This document shows positions 12,121 to 25,557 of a stretch of 64,000 nt of DNA, in pieces. The notes below the pieces were generated by a model. The model saw nothing but the letters and a program-made list of their open reading frames with translations, was not told the origin of the DNA and did not search any database. The stretch comes from Paragordius varius (Eukaryota > Animalia > Nematomorpha). Numbering within the stretch: the stretch's first letter is position 1; every line of letters starts with the position of its first letter. The stretch covers positions 1,674,001 to 1,738,000 of the forward strand of contig OZ176059.1 of the NCBI GenBank assembly GCA_964247055.1. Direction: 5' to 3'. The position numbers and the translations under genes are program-made.

Positions 12121-13110
12121 CGAGTGAACTGGGGGCCTAATTCAAAAAAAGGGCAAAGCTATTGTCAGGGCATTCATTAATTATTATATTTTTTCCACAT
12201 TTGAATTCGAATAGGTCTACCGTTTTTCCGGAAACATATCACAAAGCCAGCATTTTACATTTTTATAAATATATAGATTATAAAGTGAGGAATATATAAT
12301 TTAGTTTTGAGATAAAAGAACTATATAAAACTGTTTTGTCGCCTTTTTTAAACCTTATATTAAATTATTGGGTGTAATTCCACGATTAAATTAAATTTAA
12401 CAATGATCAACAACAGAACATTGGTTAAATTTGCAATATTTTTTCATTCACCATGCGCTTCTAAACCGTTTATATGTTGTATAAAATTTTGACTTCATGT
12501 TACATAAAAAGAATAAAAGTTATTTTTTATGAACCTATTTTACATTTTAATAAGTGGGTGCATAATGTTTATGCGCCCGAATTTATAAAATATTTTCAAT
12601 ATATTCCATATTTCATATAATATTAGATTTCTTAGAGGTCTGGCTGGGGTCGTCACCTACCCAACGACTTGAGAGTATTTAATATAAACTTTTTTGTTCT
12701 ATAAAACTTAATGAATTTAATAAATTATTTGACAGACACTAAGGTTTATTAAAACTGTAAGCTATTTCGTAAAAATATTTCATCTACTGTCATTTATATG
12801 TTAGCCTGAATGTTTTAAAGGTAACAGAGTGTAAAATGAAAATTTTTATGCTTTATAAAAATATTTTCGTTTCACCGATCGTTAACATACAGTAAAATTG
12901 GAATCATACTAACAAAACTTAAAAACTAAAAGAAACATTAATATATTTTAGTTTTAAATTTTTTTAAATGTGACTCATCGTGAAAGATATAAAGATGTAA
13001 ATTTGTAATACGCTCAAATTATCATTAACACATCAAATCCATTACCCTTAAACATTTTAAATTCCGATATAAAAATAAAATGTCTTTTTGAAAAATAATT
13101 CTTATATTTA

Positions 13111-13397
13111 CAGTAAGAACCGAAATTGTACGCACAAAACGCAAAAATATAAAGACAAATATTTTTTTTAAAAAGAAAACCATACTTTAAAACCTTAATT
13201 TTTGCTATATAAAATATTTAATTACAATCGTAAACTACATAATTGATTGTGGTACCAATTTACATTTCTATTTTATATTTTGCAATTTAAAATAATCAGT
13301 TATATTTAAAAAAGATTTAAAAAATATGGTTGTCTTTTAGAAAAAAATATTTGTCTTTATATTTTTAAGTTTTGTCCGTATAATTTTAATTTTACTG
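13111..13397. mobile_element. MITE family B (~290 bp, CAGTAAAAAT.GAAATTATACGGACAAAACG termini, TA TSD)
   Basis: ta|CAGTAAGAACCGAAATTGTACGCACAAAACG ... TTTTGTCCGTATAATTTTAATTTTACTG|ta. Other copies at ~7885-8120, 15889-16183, ~20010-20268, 22265-22558, 53263-~53520, 53887-~54135 and 54349-54637. Confidence 0.8.
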
Positions 13398-14448
13398 TAA
13401 TTATATTTGTAAAACATGAAATTGAATTAAAAAACATATACGGGAAAAATATAAACTACGTCAAAAAAATTAATTAATATCTATAAATGAGTTAAATTAA
13501 CTTCAAAACCACATATTTTATTTTTAGGTGGAATTGAAATTTTTGAGGGTGAAATTAGAGTCATGAAGTGTAAACGGTATTTGAAATTGTAATTCAAGGT
13601 TTCAAAAAGTATGGCGTTGGCTTTATAAAAAATATTTGTCTCACAGTATTGTTTTATCCTTACAAATTTATTTTTTATTCTTAATACAGAGCAGTGATTT
13701 TTAGCAAAGGTTAGTGAAACGGTCTATCAAAATTGGTAATGATAAGTTTCTAAGATTAATCAGCCCGGAGGAGAGGTTATCGATCAGAAAAAAACAGGAT
13801 TATAATTTATTATGGGATTTGAAATAAAATAAATGTTGTCTTTTCATATATGGAAGGCAATCACCCACTAAAATATTTTTAAAAAGTTAATACAAAGCCT
13901 TTTATAATCAAATTCGAAAAATTGAAAAACCTTACCGATAACCCAAGTCAATGGTATCGATTATGCTAGGATGGTCTCAAAATGCTACTTTTATCAGGAT
14001 TAATATTACTTCCTTAATGAACAGAAAACCTCGTGAAAGTTACAAATTAATATGTGATGATGAGATTCGTTAATGAGCTATTAAAATATGGTTAACAATC
14101 ATATAATAATTATTAATTGGACTTATTGAAATTTAGCTATAATTGAATTTATTTGAAATATGAATTTTTGATGTATTAGTATTTGGCGAATGTTAAAACA
14201 AAAGTAAATGCCCTACGTTACCTTATGTAATAAAATGTTTAATAAGGCGTGTGAAAGGACAATATGGATACATACTGGTCAATTGGCCCTTAAAGTAGTA
14301 TTTAAACTTATATATAAGCTATCAGAAAATAACTTAAATTTAGTTTATGAATTGAACTAATTGAAAATAGTGAATAATCCTCGTTTAGAGTTACAAAGTA
14401 AATTTGGAAAATCAATTTTATGCCTAACTATTGTAAGAATGTTTAAAC

Positions 14449-14716
14449 CAGGGATGTTCAACACTTGGCCCTCCCTAAAATTTCTGCGGCCTGCGAGAAA
14501 TATATATACAAAATTTTACAAAATTTGAGTAAAAAAATATTTTCTTAAGGAAATTTTCTGATAAATCTTTCCGAATTCTGGCAATGAACTAGAAAAAAAT
14601 GTTAAAATAAATGGTAGTTTTTGCAGTCATAAGTCTAAAATCCAATAAAATATTTAATAATGCCCATATATTTTCCAAATGCGACCAGCAGCCAAGTCAT
14701 GTGTTGGACAGCTCTG
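14449..14716. mobile_element. hAT (Charlie-like) MITE
   Basis: CAGGGATGTTCAACAC ... GTGTTGGACAGCTCTG; 8-bp TSD GTTTAAAC/GTTTAAAT. Relatives at ~19816-20317, 22877-23143, ~26640-27112 and ~38365-38519; a right end lies at ~54320. Confidence 0.75.
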
Positions 14717-15888
14717 GTTTAAATTAACCAAACTTACACTATTATTAAATATAAAAAATTATAAAACCAAAATTATACTGTAATTTAAACGATTACAAGT
14801 TATTATATAGTTTAAAAATGAATGTAGTATGGATCTTTAACAAATATGGTTTTATGGATATTTTTATAATTTTAGTGCTCAATAAATTTGAAGAAGATGT
14901 CTATTTTCGATTTTGTTAAAAATATATTTCAGAATTTTTTATATAAAAATTATCTAACCTATCAAACACATTATAAAGGGGAAATTTTGATTGTTTTAGC
15001 GAAAATAAAATCAATCATTTTATTAAGTAAATATCAAACGAACTTTTTCTTAACCATTAAAAATTGTTTTTACTAGTTATGGGCAATAAAAAATGAAAAG
15101 GGGTATAACGTACTACAAAATTACACGTTAACCTTATAATGAAACAGATAACATTTTGTTAAATAACTTCCAAACAATATATACAAATTTAAACGTGTTA
15201 CTAATTTAACAATTTTATTGCAATGTTTATTTCAACAACATATATACATATATCATTGAGTTTAATGTTTGATGATGATTGATGTGAAATAAAAGTTTTT
15301 AGGTAGTAATTTTGGATATACAGTAACGAGAGCTCTTACTGGTATTGGTTTTTAATTGGGCAAAAGAATATTTAATTTACACGTCTGTTAACATGAATTA
15401 TTAGTTATATATTTGATTGTGAGGAAACAGTAATCAAATATAGAACTAATAAAATTAAAAATCTCATTCATGCTAACAGAAATGTAAATTAAATACCCAT
15501 TTAGCAATTTAAAATATTTGAAAGACCAATAAAGCTTCTATTTCTATATTAATCTCTCTGTTTTAACCGTTAATAGTTAAAAAATGTAAATTCTTGGGTA
15601 TAAGGGACCCATGTTTACCTCTTTTTTTGTCAATTGCTTTTTAATCTTTTGATCATAATCTTAACGCATGGATAAAAAACGTATGTAATAATTCAAAAAT
15701 GGTAAAAACGGCTTCCAATTTGAATGATATTTTTAAACAGACAGAATTTTTTTAGTGTTTTTTGCATCTCTATGCCGGCTAATAAATAAATAGTTATCTT
15801 TATTATCTCTTAAATTGATTTTTTTATACCAAGTAGGTTAAGTTTATACGTTTTTTTGACAGTCGCTATTTCGCCACTTTCAATATTA

Positions 15889-16183
15889 CAGTAAAAACTG
15901 AAATCATACGGACAAACGTAAAAATATAATGACAAATATTTTTTCTAAAATACAACCATATATATTAAATCTTGATTTATTTCAATATAACTCATTGTTT
16001 TTAATGGCAAAGCGTGAAATAGAGATATAAATTACTAACACAATCAAAATTCTATATTTTAAAATTGTAACTAAATAGCTTATATAGGAAAAATTAATAT
16101 TTATAAAAGTATGGTTGTCTTTTAGATAAAAATATTTGTCTTTATATTATTACGTTTTGTCCGTATAATTTCAAATTTTCCTG
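15889..16183. mobile_element. MITE family B
   Basis: ta|CAGTAAAAACTGAAATCATACGGACAAACG ... CGTTTTGTCCGTATAATTTCAAATTTTCCTG|ta. Confidence 0.8.
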
Positions 16184-16314
16184 TAATTACTTTTGTCTAT
16201 GCCCTTATTATCATAATTCTTTACTCAATATACGGTGCTTGCAGCTATTTTAAACAAATAGATAGGAGGGTAAGCGCTTGAAATAAAAAATATTAAACAT
16301 GTTTGGTTTATCCG

Positions 16315-19300
16315 TAAGGTGACCAGACGTCCCGCTTTTGGCGGGACAGTCCCGCTTTTTCACACTTTGTCCCGCTTCCTGCTACGTTTTTAAATGTCCC
16401 GCTTTTTCAAGATTATATAAAAAAAATTTTTTTAATAGAAATAAATTTTTTTTGTCCGTTTAAATTTTTTATCATTAAATATCTTTAAAATCTATTCAAT
16501 TTTAAATTAAAATTTTTATTTTAAATAAAAATATTTATTTTTTTCGAATTTATATCATGTGATTATACACTATACTTCCTACTACTACTGTCATTATTAT
16601 CAAAAAGCCAAGTTAATACCACACATCTCTAGATTAAAAGACAAATTGATACCACAAATCGGTACCTTACACGTTTATTTCACAAAATTAAGGTAATATA
16701 ATATTTATTATACTAATATTTTAGTTTTATTACTTGCCAACATTTTTAAAAGCCAAATTAATACCACAAATCGGTAGCTTAAAAGACAAATTGATACCAC
16801 AAATCGGTACCTTACACGTTTATCACAGAAAATTAAGGTAATATAATATTTATTATACCAATAGTAGTTTATAAATATGAGCACAAAAAGAGGTTGTAAA
16901 TTCAACGATGAATTAATGAAGGATTTTCCTTTTATTAAACGAAGAATGAATCATTTGTTAAATGTCTTATATGCGAGGGGGAATTCACCCTAGCACATGG
17001 CGGCAAGCATGATATTACAAAGCATATGGAAACACAGAAACATAAAAAATGTTTAGATATGGCGGCATCATTTTACAAAATGAGCGATTTTTTTGAAAAA
17101 CCGCTTTTGGAGAGGAAGAAAAGAATTTGGCACTAGCTGAGGGCGTGTTATCTTTTCACGCCGTTAATCACAATCATTCCTTTAGATCTATGGACTGTAC
17201 CTCACAGGTTATTTGCACGTTATTCCATAAAAAATTTACATGTGCCCGAAAGGCTGAAGCCATTGTGTGCATTGTCCTTTCGCCACATGCATTTTCTGAA
17301 ATACAAAAAAATTTGCTGAAAATTAATTCCATATCGCTATACTCTGATGCATCAAATGACCATGAAACAAAATTATTTCCCACTTTGATGAGATATTTTG
17401 ATTCAGAAACCGGAGTAAAAATTTAAATTTTAGATTTAATTTCCCTACCCGGTGAAAATTCCGAAATAATATTTACTTCAATAATGCAAAAAAATAATTT
17501 AAAATACAAAATTATCGTATATTGCGCTGACAACACCAATATGAACTTTGGTGGAAAAGCAAGGAGAGGAACAAAAAAATATTTTTCATAAATTAACAGA
17601 TAATCTTAATCAAAACATTATTGGCGTTGGGTGTGCAGCGCATATAATACACAACGCTATTCAAACAGCTGCTGATTTGTTACCCCTAGATGTGGAAAAT
17701 GTAGTTGTTAAAATATATTCCTATTTTTATATATATACGGTAGTGTTGAAACGCTTAAAGAATTCTGTGAAAATGCAGAAGTTCAATATCAAAAATGCTT
17801 GGATTATGTAAAACTCGTTGGTTAGCTTTTATGCCAGCTATCGAAAGAATTTTAAAAATGTATGATCCTTTAATCCTATTTTTTATCATAGGCCAAATGT
17901 CCTACAACTTTGGAAAGGTTTTTTGAAAGTGATTGTTCAAAAATATGGTTAGAATTCTTACATAATCAAGCTTCTCTCTTTCAAAATGTTATTAAATTTA
18001 TAGAAGGTGACAAAATTTCGACAATCGAAGTAGCCAATGAAGTTAGTAACCTAAAATTCCAATGTCAAGAACGGTTAGAAAATAATTTTATACCATTAAC
18101 CATCCGCAATATAATAAATAATTAGAAAAACAAGGCTTAATAAATCGCCAAGATATCCTGTACCATAAAAAATGTTTTATACAAACTGTAAAGATTATTT
18201 GGAAGACTGGACGACGCAATTCAATGAAATTGATCATTTTCATTGGATAACATTAAAATCAGAATTTAATTGGTGCGATGTTCAAAAATCATCTGATTAT
18301 ATCTGCTCCCGAAAATTCTCAAAAAGTCTTTAAGAAAATGATCTTTTTTCTGAACATTAGTTAAAGATATATTAATAATGAAAAACTTTTATGGACAAAG
18401 AAAAATATACAGAAGAAAAGAAATGGTTGGAAATTTTTCATCACCAACTATATAACATACAATAATATTTTAATAATTGTGGAATTCGCACTATCTTTAC
18501 TTGGAACCAACGCTGCTACTGAGCGCGTTTTTTCCACAGTAAATCAGGTGTGGACATCGGAAAAATCAAATTTAAATGTTGAAACTTTAAAGGACGTTTT
18601 ATTTGTCAAATATAATTTGACAAATTCTTGTGAAGACTTCTACAATATTTTAAAAAATGATGACAATCTGCTAAAACGCATTCACTCAAACAAAAAATAT
18701 ACCAAAGAATAAAATATTTTCTTTAAAGTTTTTGTGTAAAAAAATAAACAAATTCACGTAAAATATTGTATAAGTCTTCATAATTTGTCAAATTATATTT
18801 GAACACACAAAATGGCTTTTATTCAACATTTAAATTTGATTCCGTGTCCATACTTAATTTACTGTGGAAAAACGCGTTCAATAGCAGTGGTTCAGGTAAA
18901 GATAATGCAAATTCTACAATTAAAATAATATTGTATGGAACATAATTTGTTTAAAAATGATTATTTTAACCATTTCTATCCTACGTATTTTTTTCTGTTG
19001 TCCATAATATAAGTTTTCATTCAATATATTTATTTAATAATGAGACTTCATCAAATGTCATTGTGCACCGTATTGTCTTCCAAATAATCGTTTCTGTTTG
19101 TATAAAACATTTTTATACTCTGGCTATTCATTGAGCCTTGTTTTTCTGGATGCTTTATAATATTGCGATTAGGTAATGGTATAAAATTATTTTCTAACCT
19201 TTTTTGACTTGGAATTTTGACCTTTGTCCTGTGATAAAAAATAGGATTCTAGGAGATCACATTTTTATAAATATATCAATCGCTGGCAAAAGAGCTAACC

Positions 19301-19730
19301 AACAGTTCTACAATATTCAAGCATTTTAACATCTATATTTTCCACATCCAGGGGTAACAAATCAGTAGCTGTTTGAACGTTGTGTATCTGCCAATAATGT
19401 TTTGATTAAGATTATTCGCTAAATTGTTAAAAATATTTTTGTGCCGCTTCTTGCATCACCCAGCGCACTTTGTGATGATTTCGTCTTTATTATTTTTTTC
19501 TAGAATATTAAAATCACTTCACCCTTTGTTCGTGCACATGGAAATTTATTGAATAAGGTACAAACAACCTGTGAGGTACAAATTTTTTTATATTTATAAT
19601 GTATTTGTGTTAAAAATAAATAAATATTACAATAAATTTTTTGTATAAAAATTTTTGGTTGTACCCCCCAATGACCCACCCCCTTCTCAGATTTGTCCCG
19701 CTTTTTCCTTCAAAAAATCTGGTCACCTTA
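16315..19730 (+). mobile_element. hAT DNA transposon (Blackjack-like), decayed transposase
   Basis: Perfect 13-bp TIR TAAGGTGACCAGA/TCTGGTCACCTTA, perfect 8-bp TSD TTTATCCG and subterminal GTCCCGC repeats. Frameshifted transposase fragments at 16876-18712 include a zinc-finger-like N-terminus, GVGCAAHIIHN and the dimerization motif GTNAATERVFSTVNQVWT. Confidence 0.92.
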
Positions 19731-21174
19731 TTTATCCGTCATAAATCATATAATATAATTGTTTATTTTTATTTTATATCTGTATAACCATAATTATTCC
19801 ATTGATATTTTAGAGCAGGGGAGTTTAATACAAATGGCTTTGCAGGCCATATTTTTTGAAAAAAATCCGATCCACATTTAAAGAAAATTTAACGTGAGAC
19901 TTTAAAAAGTCTGCGAGGAAAACACAAGATACTTAATTATGTCACCAAGTTACCAAAAATTGGAAAGACTTTTGAGAAAATTTCGTGAATAAAATATACA
20001 ATAAAAATTAAAATTATACGGATAATAGAAAAATATAAAGACAAATATTTTTTATAAACAACCATACTTTTAAATCTTGATTTCTTTCAAACTATAAAGT
20101 ATAAAATAAGGATGTATATTGATGACATAATCAACTACCTGCTTTACCATTGTTATCAAATAATTTTAATAGGATAAATTAAGGTTTAAAAAAGTTTGGT
20201 TGTCTTTTGAAAAAAAAATTTCTTTTATATTTTTACATTTAGTCCGTATAATATCAATTTTTACTTTATGTTAAGCAATTTTCTAAATTTTCCGCAAGCC
20301 GTATGTTGAACATCCCCTTAGAGAGTAATTGTAGAAAAATGAGTTTTGATAGATTTAAACCAATCAACTTCAGGTTTTACTATTTAAAATATCAACCTCT
20401 CTTTAGACCAAAATTTAACAGTCAAAAACCAAAAAATAGTTAAATGGTCGTGTTAACAGAGATGTTAATGGAAATGTCCATTAGCAAGCATATTGTCCGT
20501 TTTTAATTGTTGGACCCCTTATGTACAAATTAGGCAGGATAAAGCAAAAAATATATACTTCCTTAAATGCCTTGTTATATATCTTTGTTAGCTAATAAAA
20601 AGACTTTTTTTTATTGTGAGAATCAAAATTTTTAGAGTAAACGCGGTTTCGACCATGTAATTTTCTAACGCCTGGGCTCATTATAGGGGAATGGTTAATT
20701 TAATTATGCCACTATTTATTTGCATCACTAAACCCTACGCATTTGCATTATTAAAGCAATTTCAGAAAATTTGCAGAGTAAAAAAAGCAAAATAAATTTT
20801 ACTTTTTATAATATACTTAGGGGGTATCGGCAAATTGATAGAAAGGGGGAGAATTCATTTCAAAAAAAATTTAGTAAAAAACGCCCTATAAGATTAATAA
20901 ATGCAAAAAAATAAAATGTCTAAAGAGCTGTGCTTGGATTTTCGATTCTAACTTAATTTTTAAAATATTTAGCGCTCCCAAATATACACGAATATAGGGC
21001 ATAATAGTTGAAAAGTATATTTTTTCAAAATGGATTTTTAAAGTTTAACGAAATTAAAAAATATAAATAAATTATAGCAAAAACTCACTGAAATTTTTTT
21101 CAGTCAAATTACGTTGAAACTTGCATATAATTATAATATATTTGGTTGGTTATTCCGAAGTCGTAAAAAACTTT

Positions 21175-21381
21175 TTAAATATAGTTTTCTATTGAATACC
21201 ACTTCTTTCTATGTTTTACCGCAACATTCAAATCGTTCAATGTCATCTTAGTCTTTACTTTTATAATGTCTAACCACCTCATTGGTGGTCGGCCTCGTTT
21301 CCTTTGTCTTTCAACCTTGCCAAACATTATTCCTTTCTCTAGCGAATTCGATCGCATGACATGACCAAAATATGTTAACAT
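21175..21381 (-). pseudogene. 3' fragment of an RTE/BovB-clade LINE ORF2
   Basis: YFGHVMRSNSLEKGIMFGKVERQRKRGRPPMRWLDII matches the RTE C-terminal consensus YFGHLMRR.DSLEK.LMLGKIEG.RRRGR.RMRWLD. Confidence 0.8.
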
Positions 21382-21663
21382 TCGTTTTAAATTATCTCAA
21401 AGATGTTTGATTGTTTTAGGATTTATTTCTGTAGTTAAGTTTCCATTCTTAAGCACTCAAAACTATACGTGGTGACCGGGAGAACAAAACAGTAGAGTAA
21501 TCCTTTTTTAGTTTCAACTCCTACGCCTTTTGTTTTTCAAAATCTTTATTAGTTTCAGGAGTTGAAGAGTCATCCCCGGAAATTATAGCACCCAAAAACT
21601 TTAATTGATTAACTACTTCTATTTTCACTTTATTTATAATAATTTTGGGCTTTTCTCCACATA

Positions 21664-21903
21664 CAGTCATGTATGCTTTATTTTATCAAAAATTTATTTT
21701 TTTCCGTTAAATGGGGGTATAAATATTTGGTAAAGAAGAATGGAAAAAACAAGAGCTCTATGGTAATTCTTAGACTTTTTTGATGAATATATTATTGTTA
21801 ATACCATAGAGCCCTTGTTTTTTTTTCCATTCTTTACCAAATATTTATACCCCCATTTAACGGAAAAAAATAAATTTTTGATGAAATAAAGGATACATGA
21901 CTG
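21664..21903. mobile_element. MITE family C
   Basis: ta|CAGTCATGTATGC ... GGATACATGACTG|ta. Confidence 0.85.
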
Positions 21904-22706
21904 TAATATTTTGGTTTTTTAGTAATATTAATGGTTTAAAAAAAATCCAAACACTGAGTGTACTTACATGGTTGATAACCTTTTTTTATTAAAAATATAT
22001 TTTACAAAAACCGCCAAAATCAAAAAATGTAGCTCCATAAATAATTTATTTTATAAGCATAAAAAGATTATATCATTAATACTCTTTATTAATTATTATC
22101 AATGAATAAATTAATTAGATGTTTGAGTTGTGTGGAAATATAATGCGAAATGTGGGAATTGATTATTGTAAAAAATAATTACTAATTCATTGCAATTGGA
22201 GTTAAAAACAAATAAAAAAACAACAAAAACATCTCATAAAAAATATTCAACAACAATCATCATACTGTAAAAATTGAAATTATACAGACAAAACGTTAAT
22301 AATTTAAAATATACATTATTTTAAAAAGCAGCCAAACCTTTAAAACCTTATTTTTGCCTATTTCAAATATATAATCACAATTGTTTAATAAAATAATTGG
22401 TTTTGTTAAAACTGTTCACATATCTATTTCATTCTTTAAAATTTAAAACAATGAGTTATATTAATGAATCAAGTTTAAAAAGGTCTAATGCGTTATTTTG
22501 AAAAAAATATTGGTCGTTATATTTTTACATTTTGGCTGTATAGTTTCAATTTTTCATGTAATATATAAGTAATATGCATAAAACAATCCACATTTTGGGT
22601 CACATCATAAATATATAATGTAGAACATTTAAACATTTTTTTAGTCTTTAGACTCAAGTAAGTCAGAATATGATAATTTATTTGTGGATATTATGGAATG
22701 ATGAAA

Positions 22707-25521
22707 TTAGTTATTTCCTGCACCAAATTTAGCCAAAGTACAAGCTGTTTGAGCATTAAGTTGACAGACACCGGTTATAACTGATACCAAGCTGGCCCTT
22801 AGTTGAGAGTTTGTGTTGGGATCGAAAAACTGTTTGTTGACCAAAAACAAAAGATTAAATCCAAATATATTTGGTTCAGGGGTGTCCAAAATACAGTTTT
22901 ACTAAACTTTATGTGCGGCCAATTGGCAAAAAAGTTGAAACTCCATAATTTGCAAAAATATAAACATAAAATTTTAGCACAATTGATATTTCTTACTTAA
23001 CATGTTTCCTATATAAGTCGTCTATATAATTGGCAATAACTAGAAAAAATTGTTGGGTTGGATTCGTATTTACAGTCTTATGTTTGAATCTAATATTTGA
23101 AATGCGGTAATCCGCAAAACCATTTGTGATATGGACACCCCTGAATTAGTTAAAATAAACATTATTTATAAATAAAATGAGAAAATGTTTCTAACCTTTG
23201 CAAGCGTATAAATTAGGTATTCAAGTTTTGCTTTGTATTCATTGTTTTCTGATAGCTGGTCATCGCTAGGGTTTAATTTGTTAGCTAATAATTTTCCATA
23301 TCCATCCTTTGTATCGTCCCTGTATGTTTGTTTATCATTGGGCACACGTCTAAAAAAATTCCCCCCCAAAAAAATATTTTAAATTTACAGTTTGTTCAAC
23401 AAATAGTATGTATAATAATGATAAAAAAGTAAAACTATTTTAAAGCAAAAGTAAATGGGATCATAGTATGAATTCAACCACAGCTATTAATATTATAAAT
23501 AAAAGTATTTTTTAAAACTATACGTAGTACGGAACACTTAATAGCCATAATTAAAAAAGATAAAAGTTAAATTATTTCAATTAAATTCAAAAACAACATA
23601 TTAATTTATATGAAAAAGCATACAAATTACATACATCATAGTTTAATATATAACAAATAGTATGTGTATATTCAAAAATTTTAAACCAAAATAAAACCTT
23701 TCGACCCAAAATTCAACCATTTTTTTCACGAAAACAACTTTAAAAAAAGTCAAACCAAACTTCTAGTATAATCCTTAGTTTTTTTAACTTTGCAAAAAAT
23801 TTATATAACTTAAGTGGACCTTGCGTCCTATAACAGCTCCGATTGTCGAAAAAAATTTAACATTATTGCTTTAAAATTATCATCAATTTGGACACAACTT
23901 GAGATTCCCAAAATATCCAAGATCATAACTCTAAATGATAACATAAGTGAAACCCTGTTTTAGTCTTACTAAAATAGTGCAAGATATGAGCTTACTCATT
24001 TATAAGTTTTGTTTATTTTAAAAAGCTAATTATCAGAGAGGATAGTTGTTGATGAGCACTATTCAAATGCAAAAAAGCTATATAAGACAAATAGCAGATT
24101 TCAAATTTTACAGAAAAACATACTTTAAAGATAAAAAATACAATTACGTGAAAGATGCAATTTCCTTTTTATTTTTTCATTATTTAATTCAATTGTTCGT
24201 TTGATTTTTTACCTTCTCCAGTCCAATGATATCATTTAAAATAACTCAGTGAATTCTTTTTAATAAATTATAAAAACACGGTTAAGTAACAATGCCATTT
24301 AGTCCATTTACTTTAATATAATATCCTACCAAATTAATAAATTAATTAATTATTGTTATTACGCAAAATTTGGAATCTCAGAATATTTTTCATTTAGGTC
24401 ATTTGCTGGAGAAGATGATTTTAGTTTGGGTAAGGTTTCATTTTCTTGAATTGTATCATCAGCATTACTCAAATTTAAATAAGAGTTTAAAGTTTGATCA
24501 AGTCGACGAATCTCACGTTTTAGGAATGTGTTTTGTTCCAATAAACGTATAACCTGGGCTTCACTGTCCCCAAGTTGGGCCGTGAGTTGATCAATGCGAC
24601 ATCGCTCAAATACCCTAATATCATATATATATATATATATATATAATACAGTCATGCATACTTTATTTTATCAAAAATTTATTTTTTTTCGTTAAATGGG
24701 GATATAAATATTTGTTAAAGAATGGAAAAAACAAGAGCTCTATGGTATTAACAATATCATATTCATGAAAAAAGTATAAGAATTACCATAGAGATCTTGT
24801 TTTTGTCCATTCTTTACCAAATATTTATACCCATTTAACGAAAAAATAAATAAATTTTTGATAAAATAAAGGATACATGACTGTAAGTAAAATAAAAGTT
24901 ATTTTATAAGCATAACCATAATTTAAAAATTTCTTTAAATATTTGGGAAAATCGGTATATAAATATTTTTCTTAACGACACGGTTTAAAATAACTTAGCG
25001 GGAAAACATTCTTATACCACTAGATGAAAAACTATATGCATTACTGTAATTTAAAATTTTATTTAATATAAATTGTTTATTATTCCTATATATATATATA
25101 TATCATACATGACAAAATAATTTTTATTATGAAAAATTTTTTTTATATAATACATCAATCGCTAAAATTACCCTAAATTGTTCGGATCCGTATTTGAATT
25201 ATAAGCATTAGTTGAACGAATTGATGGTATATTTGAACCATTACTATGAAGTTGTCTTCTTTGTGTGTTTGGCGTTATAATATGGTCGGAATTGGAAAAA
25301 CTGTTTTTTTTCCATTTATATAATATTATATTGTGATAGGTAAAATTTTATTAAATACATATAAAACAAAACACAAAAATTATAATTTATATATATATAT
25401 TTATAAAAATTTACTAAATCATTTTCTACCTTGTCTAATATATATATAAAAATTATAAGTTATATATATATATAAATAAAATATCTTAAAAATAATTTCT
25501 TAAAAATGCTTTTCTACCCTC

Positions 25522-25557
<36 letters not shown>

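Larger units (their letters stand above)
10290..12277 (-). mobile_element. Internally deleted, 3'-truncated Helitron carrying a RepHel PIF1-type helicase remnant
   Basis: 5' A|TCTATATATTTATAAAAATG at 12277; 12126-12283 is an inverted match to 3789-3946. Minus-strand translation of 11210-10290 gives EIRREQSFN...LSKLTQ*QKIIYDKIMRDISNDVGGIYFLDAPG-(fs)-TGKTF...LSGGRTAHSALKLPLN...KVLQQCNI-[MITE]-IVWDECT...LLSEDFRQTL (helicase motifs I, Ia, II, III). Confidence 0.85.
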
